A program made the position numbers and the translations under genes. Shown piece by piece: positions 42,125 through 64,000 of a stretch of DNA of 64,000 nt. Every line of letters begins with the position of its first letter. Position 1 is the first letter of the stretch. Under the pieces are notes generated by a model. The model had not been told where the DNA came from. It searched no databases and saw only the letters and a list, made by a program, of their open reading frames with translations. Origin of the DNA: the human T2T-CHM13v2.0 reference genome, Homo sapiens. The stretch lies in NCBI RefSeq assembly GCF_009914755.1, contig NC_060943.1; one strand, written 5' to 3'.

Positions 42125-42535
42125 TCCAGGTGTGTGGTAGTGAGGACACCCAGGTGTGTAAGAGTGTGGGGGGGGCCAGGTGTGGAGTAAGAGGACGTGC
42201 AGGTGTGAGGGTGCCCAGGTATGTGGGATAAGAAGAAGTGCAGGTATAAGGGTGCCCAGGTGTGGGGTAAGAATATGTGCAGGTGTGAGGGTGCCCAGGT
42301 GTGGGGTAAGAGGAGATGCAGGTATGAAGGTGCCCAGGTGTGGGGTAAGAGGAGTTGCGGGTGTGAGGGTGCTGGGGCATGAGGGGTAAGAAGATGTGCG
42401 TGTGTGAGGGTGCCAGGTGTGTGGGGTAAGAGGAGATGCAGGTGTGAGGGTGCCGGGGCATGTGGGGTAAGCAGATGTGCAGGTGTGAGGGTGCCGGGCA
42501 TGTCGGCTAGGAAGATGTGCAGGTGTGAGGGTGTT
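42125..42535. repeat. G-rich ~40-bp minisatellite in MARK4 intron 6 (approx. GCAGGTGTGAGGGTGCCCAGGTGTGGGGTAAGAGGAGAT), about 9-10 copies, with more degenerate copies back to about 41700
   Basis: Direct inspection of the tandem units. Confidence 0.9.
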
Positions 42536-42894
42536 TCTGCCTTGACGCTGCTGTCCTGAACTCAAGGGCCATAAGCCCTGGTGAGTTGGGGCAGCCTGTC
42601 TATCTACAGGTATGGGATATCCCCATGGGAGTTTCCAGATGTGAAGGTCAAGAGAGGCTGGTCCCCATGCCTTGGTTCCGACATCCCTGGGCATGGGGGT
42701 GTCCTGGGGGAGGCGTGTGTCTGCCCAGGTTCCACGGGCACCTCTTGCTGTGACTGAATCAGGGTGTGAGGCCCCAGATCTCAGGCTGTGCCTTGGGCAG
42801 GCCTGGGGCCCAGCTGTGAGTGGTTTCACAGTCCACTGAGGGAGGCTGAGGGTTTTGGGAGCCACAAATAACCAACCTTCCCCTTCCCTCCCAG

Positions 42895-42951
42895 ATTGTT
42901 TCGGCTGTGCACTATTGTCACCAGAAAAATATTGTACACAGGGACCTGAAG
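42895..42951 (+). CDS. MARK4: MARK4 exon 7: IVSAVHYCHQKNIVHRDLK (catalytic loop)
   Basis: cccag|ATT and AAG|gtaagc. 57 nt. Contains HRDLK. Confidence 0.97.
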
Positions 42952-43340
42952 GTAAGCCCCCGACCCGCTGTGATCTCAGGGACCACAGCTCAGCCCACAG
43001 ACTTCTCCCTGCCCCCACCCCTCCATGGTTTCCGTGGCCTCCAGCAAATTCCTCCAGCCCTTTTCTCCTCCTGCTCTTCCCTCCACACCCAGCACCCCCT
43101 TGACCCTTTCCCAAGCTTTTGTGGCAGAAACAAGGCCAGCAGATGGGGGAGCGGATGGGGAGGAGGGGACAGGAGGAGTGAACAAAGCAGGGAGAAACAA
43201 AGTGTCCCAAAATGGCCCTGGATGCTACAGGGCTGTTGGATAAGGACGCTGGGACATGATAAGGGGTTTGTCGCTCTCAGAGCCTTTGGGACCTTGGCAT
43301 TCTCCGACCTTAGGACATTCAGGACTCCTTGAGGATTTAG

Positions 43341-47880
<4,540 letters not shown>

Positions 47881-48092
47881 GCTAGGTTTTCTATGTGGAT
47901 TAACTCATAATTCTCAAACTACGCTATGAAATAGGAACTAAGATTATCCCCATTCTATGGATGAGGAAACTGAGGCTCAGTGAGGTAAAGTTACTACCTA
48001 AGGTCAGGTAGAGAGTAAAGGACAGGCCCAAGAGTTGATCCCTGTGGGCCAGCCCTAGAGCCTGTGCTCCTGTCTGCCTCCCACGTCCATGA

Positions 48093-48578
<486 letters not shown>

Positions 48579-48620
48579 TGATCTTTGCAGCTGATAGGCT
48601 TGAGTTCAAATCCTGACTCA

Positions 48621-49001
<381 letters not shown>

Positions 49002-49029
49002 TCAAAAAGAAATTAAAAAACAAACCCTG

Positions 49030-49672
<643 letters not shown>

Positions 49673-50732
49673 CTAACATTCCTACTGGGGCCAGGCAGCT
49701 AACAAAACAATAAGCAAACTAGATATGATATCAGATGCTGGCCTGTGCTATGCTGGGGGGAATACTGTAAGGGGATGGGAGGTGTGGGCTGAGTTGTTGC
49801 TTGCTTTTTTTTTTTCCCCCTTTGAACTTTTTATTTTGAACGATTGCCAATCTACGGAAAAGTTGCAACAGTAGAGCAAATAACACATGGTATGTTTCAG
49901 GAGCTTCACAATCGCTGGCCTGTGTCCACATTTGCTCTATCTGTCTGTATTTGCACATGATCTTTGCTGCCCTCATCGGCATTGATGGCGCATTTGACAG
50001 TTAGTTGCAGACGCTGTGTCCTTTTATCCCTAAAGGCGAGAGCGGGTTATCTCCTGAGACCAGGGGCGTTTTCCTGTTGACGGTGACATACAGGAAATAC
50101 AGCAGTGGTATAATCCTGGCCTCTACGCCATGGCCCATACTCAGATTTCATCCATCATCCCAGGAATATCTTTGGCAGCTATTTTTTTTTCCCAGTCGGG
50201 GATCCACTCGGGTCCCTGCGTTGCATTTAGCTGCGCCATCTCTTGTGTCTCCTTTCATCCGGAACAGTTCTCAGCCTCTCTTTTGTCTTTCATGACATTG
50301 ACATTATCGATTAGTTCAGGCCAGTTAATTTTGCAGAACGTCCCTCAATTTGGGTTGCCTGGTGTTTCCTCTCGATTGGAATCGGGGGTGCACTGGGGCA
50401 GGAATTCTGCAGCTGGGACGCTCTGTCCTGCTCTGCGTTGCCCGTGAGGAGCACGTACTGTGATATGAAATTGTAAAGTCAGGGAAATACTTGCAGAGGA
50501 CAGACCATCAAAGCGGAACCCTGAGTGATGAAGAGGAGGGAGTCCCTTCTTCACAGTGGCCTTGGCCAAATAGCCAACCCCTCTAAGCCTCAGTCTCACC
50601 TGCTGTTCAATGAAGATCATAAAGGTACCAACCCTGTGGGCCGGGCGTGGTGGCTCATGCCTGTAATCCCAGCACTTTGGGAGGCCGAGGCGGGCGGATC
50701 ACGAGGTCAGGAGAGCGAGACCATCCTGGCTA

Positions 50733-50966
<234 letters not shown>

Positions 50967-51003
50967 TTAAGGACTGGCTGAGATCAGGGATGCAAAGTGC
51001 TCA

Positions 51004-51607
<604 letters not shown>

Positions 51608-51639
51608 TCAGTTTCCCCACCTGTAAGATGAAGACACTA

Positions 51640-52295
<656 letters not shown>

Positions 52296-52720
52296 TCACG
52301 TGATAGGCAGTGTGGCATGGTGGTCACACAGCACAGGCTCCAGAGCCAAGGCTCTGCCACTTTCTGGCTGTGCAATCCTGGGGCAAGTGACCAAACCCCT
52401 CCAGGCCTCAACCTCCTCGTCTGGAAAGTGGGCGTTATAACCGGGCTTCGCGGCGTTGTGAAAATGGATGTAATATGCATAAAGCACTTAGAACACTGCC
52501 TGCTAAGGGGTAAGTGTCCTGAAAGTGATCCAAATTAAATATTAATAGCCCTTTATGATCTGCAGAGGCTCCCCAGGCATGGGCATCTTTCAGCCCTTTT
52601 AGGAGAATGCTGCAGCAGAGGACTCTGTCCTAAAGGAGTCCTGTTCACCCCCAACGCTCAATTCATTCCTACCTGTTTTCTGCCTCCCTTCGTTTTTTTT
52701 GTTGTCTGTTTGTTTTTTGA

Positions 52721-53207
<487 letters not shown>

Positions 53208-53227
53208 TAGGGTCTCCTTCCCCTTGA

Positions 53228-53620
<393 letters not shown>

Positions 53621-54492
53621 TAACTCACCTGTACCCTGGTAGCAAGCATGTGAAGTGGGTCCTGTAATCCCTTTCACGGATAAGGAGACCGAGGCCCCAG
53701 TGGCTGACTCACTTACCTACCTCCCTCTTACCTGACTTAGAGAATAAACTTCCTTTTTTTTCTGAGACAGAATCTCGCCCTGTCACCCAGGCTGGAGTGC
53801 AGTGGCGTGATCTCAACTCACTGCAACCTCCACCTCCTAAGAGTTTAAGTGATTCTCGTGCCTCAGCCTCCCAAGTAGCTAGGACTACAGGCAGCCACCA
53901 CCACACCCAGCTAATTTTTGTATTTTTAGTGGAGATGGGGTTTCACCATGTTAGCCAGGCTGGTCTCGAACTCCTGACCTCAGGCGATCTGCCTGTCTTG
54001 GCCTCCCAAAGTGCTGGGATTACAGGTGTGAGCCACCGTGCCTGGCCAGATAATAAACTTTCTCTGCAAGTTTTCCTCTGAATGAAAAGTTATGTAGCTT
54101 AAATTTTTTTTTTTTTTTTTTTGTAGAGACAGGCTGGTTGTTCAGGCTGGTCTTGAACTCCTGGGTTCAAGCTATCCTCCTCCCTCGGCCTCCCAACGTG
54201 TTTGGATTACAGGTGTGCACCACCATGCTCAGGTCATTTTTTATTTTTTGTAGAGATGAGGTCTCCCTGTGTTGCCCAGGCTGTTCTTGAACTCCTGGGC
54301 TCAAGCGATCCTCCGGTCTTGGCCTCTACGCCTGGCCAAGAATTTTTTTTTTTAAATTGCAGCGTCCATATGATGTTCCCATTTTATGGACAGGGAACTG
54401 AGGTCAGGAGAAAGGAATGGGGTTTTGCTTACCTCGTCAAGGACTGGGACTCAGAGCTTCTGTCACTTCTATCAAAGGGGTTGGGACAAAGG

Positions 54493-54493
<1 letters not shown>

Positions 54494-54538
<45 letters not shown>
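54494..54538. repeat. (TG)22 microsatellite
   Basis: Perfect dinucleotide run. Confidence 0.97.
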
Positions 54539-54542
<4 letters not shown>

Positions 54543-54590
54543 GGTGGGGGGCGGGGCAGACCCCCTCCTCCAGTAACCCCATCCCTGCAG

Positions 54591-54710
54591 GAGCTGCGGG
54601 AGCGAGTACTCAGAGGGAAGTACCGGGTCCCTTTCTACATGTCAACAGACTGTGAGAGCATCCTGCGGAGATTTTTGGTGCTGAACCCAGCTAAACGCTG
54701 TACTCTCGAG
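54591..54710 (+). CDS. MARK4: MARK4 exon 9: [40 protein letters not shown]
   Basis: ctgcag|GAG and GAG|gtgagc. 120 nt. Confidence 0.97.
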
Positions 54711-55183
54711 GTGAGCCCAGCCTCACAGCCAGCGGGAGCCCTTCTAGTCTCCTGACTCCCCTAAACTCTGCCTGCCCCCACCCACAAAAGCCTTCTTGAC
54801 ACACTTTTCCTCTCCTGTGCCCACCGAAGATCTGCTGCTGGTGAGTGGGGGTAGACAGGCCGTCCAGGGAAAAGCTCCCAGGCCTGTCCTGACGCCACCC
54901 CCCCGACAGGCTCACCCACTCCCTGCCTTGCCAGTAATTAGCTAATGAGCTCCTAGGATGATTACAGGGTGCCAGGGACCCAGATGATGCGGAGGAGGGA
55001 GGGTGGCATCAGGAGGCTCCGGCAGGGGACGTGGGGGAGAGAGAGGCCCAGGAGGCGCTATCTCTTAGGAAGCCCGCAATTCTGGGTGTTAGGCCTCGGA
55101 GGTTTGGGGCAGGGCAGAAGCTGTATGATTTCTGGTTCCTTCTGACACCTGTCTTCCCCCTTCCCTGCTCCTGATGCCTGCAG

Positions 55184-55283
55184 CAAATCATGAAAGACAA
55201 ATGGATCAACATCGGCTATGAGGGTGAGGAGTTGAAGCCATACACAGAGCCCGAGGAGGACTTCGGGGACACCAAGAGAATTG
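55184..55283 (+). CDS. MARK4: MARK4 exon 10: [33 protein letters not shown](E)
   Basis: ctgcag|CAA and TTG|gtgagg. 100 nt. End of the kinase domain and linker. Confidence 0.97.
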
Positions 55284-55287
55284 GTGA

Positions 55288-55509
<222 letters not shown>

Positions 55510-55965
55510 TGATCTGCCTGCCTCAGCTTCCCAAATTGCCAGGATCACAGGTGTGAGCCACTGTACCCGGCCCTTGTTCGCTTTGATATTAAGACATAAA
55601 GAGAGACCAGGCGAGGTGGTTCATGCTGGTAATCCCAGCACTTTGGGAGGTCGAGGTAGAAGAATCACTTGAGCCCAGGAGTTGGAGACCAGCCTGGCCA
55701 ACATAGGGAGACCCTGTCTGTACAAAAAAATAAAAATAAAAAATTAGCCAGTTGTGGTTGTGTGCACCTGTAGTCTCAGCTACTCAGCAAGCTGAGGTAG
55801 GAGGATCCCTTGAGCCCAACAATTTGAGGCTACAGTGAGCTATGATCATGCCACTGCACTCCAGGCGACAGGGTGAGACCGTGTCTCAAAAAAAGAAAAA
55901 AAGGTCAGGCACAGTGGCTCACGCCTATAATCTGAGCACTTTGGGAGGCTGAGGCTGACAGATCA

Positions 55966-56354
<389 letters not shown>

Positions 56355-56369
56355 AGTGATGATTTATTC

Positions 56370-56700
56370 TGCCACATAACTAAAATGAATAGAGTATGCA
56401 GCCTTCAGGCACAGTTGTATCCAGGTGCTCAGAGACAGTTGTTGGGAATGTTTTCTGTGGTAGCTTTTTCCCAGGCTGCTCTCCAGGAGGCAAGCAGATC
56501 TGGGTCACATGCCTTCAATGAAGCAGTCAGTGTGGCTTTGGGTGTAGAACACACTAATTAGCCAGACCTGGGTTATCCGCCTGCCTTAGGGTTGGAGCAG
56601 GGGAGCCATCCACGTGATCTGAGCGGAAAGAATGTTCTTTCAAAGGAAATCAATGTGCTGTTGGGAAGGGAGGATGGGTACTGGACAGGTCAAAGAGCAG
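56370..56700 (+). mobile_element. Ancient ERVL-type LTR fragment (LTR33-like)
   Basis: GCCTTCAGGCACAGTTGTATCCAGGTGCTCA and CAAAGGAAATCAATGTGCTGTT motifs. Family assigned from memory. Confidence 0.5.
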
Positions 56701-57041
56701 ACACCAGTGAATGACACAGAAATGAGTGGAAGTGGGCCAGGTGCAGTGGCTTATGCCTGTAATCCCAGCACTTTGGGAGGCCCAGGTGGGTGGATTGCTT
56801 GTGCCCAGGAGTTTCAAACCAGCCTGGACAACATAGCAAAACCCTGTCTCTACTGAAAATACAAAAACTGAGGTGGGAGGATCAGCAGAGCCTGGGGAGG
56901 CCGAGGCTGCAGTGAGCTGTGACCGTGCCACTGCACTCCAGCCTGGGTGACAGAGTGACACCCTGTCTCAAAAAAAAAGAGAAATGGATGGAAGTTAAAG
57001 TTTCTGGGAGTCTGAAACTTCTCTCCATCCCCCCCTCCCAG

Positions 57042-57151
57042 AGGTGATGGTGGGTATGGGCTACACACGGGAAGAAATCAAAGAGTCCTTGACCAGCCAG
57101 AAGTACAACGAAGTGACCGCCACCTACCTCCTGCTGGGCAGGAAGACTGAG
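57042..57151 (+). CDS. MARK4: MARK4 exon 11: (E)[36 protein letters not shown] (UBA domain)
   Basis: cccag|AG and GAG|gtcagg. 110 nt. Carries the MGY...ATYLLL UBA signature. Confidence 0.97.
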
Positions 57152-57242
57152 GTCAGGGGGCGCCAGGGGCCCTTGGGGACGCGTGATGCCTGGGTGGAGG
57201 GACTTGGGGTGCAGAAGAGCCTCATCTGTCATCCTCTCGCAG

Positions 57243-57402
57243 GAGGGTGGGGACCGGGGCGCCCCAGGGCTGGCCCTGGCACGGGTGCGGGCGCCCAGCG
57301 ACACCACCAACGGAACAAGTTCCAGCAAAGGCACCAGCCACAGCAAAGGGCAGCGGAGTTCCTCTTCCACCTACCACCGCCAGCGCAGGCATAGCGATTT
57401 CT
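57243..57402 (+). CDS. MARK4: MARK4 exon 12: [24 protein letters not shown]...HRQRRHSDF(C) (spacer domain); gene continues beyond the right edge
   Basis: tcgcag|GAG and TCT|gtgagt. 160 nt, in frame with exon 11. Confidence 0.95.
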
Positions 57403-57727
57403 GTGAGTATCAACCCCACGCCCTCACGCACCCTCCTTCTCCCCAAGGCCCAGACTTACAGTTACGTCAGGGTTCTCTGATTGGCAAGCAACAGAAACCC
57501 ACTGGAGCTAACCTCAGAGAGGGAGGAATGTCTTATAAAGACACAGGGCATTGCATGGAACTTGGAGGCAGGAATGCACAGCCAGGCTCAGGAAGGGATT
57601 AAAACCGGAAAAGCAGCCAGACCCAGAGCAGACACTCTCTGTCTTGCTTCCTCTCTGCTTGTGTGGTTTTTCCTTTGTCTCTCACTTATCTCATCCTATC
57701 TTTTTTCCTGATGTCCCAGCTCCCCGA

Positions 57728-64000
<6,273 letters not shown>

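Noticed and set aside
41348-43210. 620-aa minus-strand ORF antisense to MARK4 exons 5-7
   Set aside because: It starts at TTG, runs through a C/A-rich minisatellite strand that lacks stops, and gives a low-complexity P/H/T product with no domain. A compositional artefact.
54417-54590. ORF reading through the TG repeat into MARK4 exon 9
   Set aside because: The frame depends on STR length and encodes poly-VC. There is no evidence of an alternative first exon.
57240-57245. CAGGAG tandem (NAGNAG) acceptors at MARK4 exons 6, 9 and 12
   Set aside because: A distal GAG is rarely used as an acceptor, and at most a one-residue change would result.

Overview
Primate (almost certainly human, 19q13.3) euchromatic DNA that is GC-rich and extremely Alu-dense (about 90 full or partial Alus counted by eye). 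It contains two divergently transcribed spliced genes. EXOC3L2 (exocyst Sec6/EXOC3 family, minus strand) has a probable non-coding exon 1 ending at 22013 and seven coding exons from 15716 down to 1423, giving 573 codons; the gene continues off the left edge. MARK4 (microtubule affinity-regulating kinase 4, plus strand) has a CpG-island promoter and coding exons 1-12 from 28263 to 57402, giving 425 codons; it continues off the right edge. All coding-exon junctions were placed by hand, are GT-AG and are phase-consistent. Almost all ORF-track entries are Alu-derived or GC-rich shadow ORFs. I found no convincing new gene system. The most interesting unexplained signals are a hidden, highly diverged ~32-bp tandem array in EXOC3L2 intron 3, an RFX/CTCF motif cluster in MARK4 intron 1, a SOX-ETS-GATA cluster at the EXOC3L2 promoter, an NPFEE (EH-domain ligand) motif in the EXOC3L2 N-terminus, a stop-free in-frame 90-nt intron in each gene, a uORF and a G4/hairpin in the MARK4 leader, a splice-site-mimicking minisatellite, and a long TG repeat next to MARK4 exon 9.
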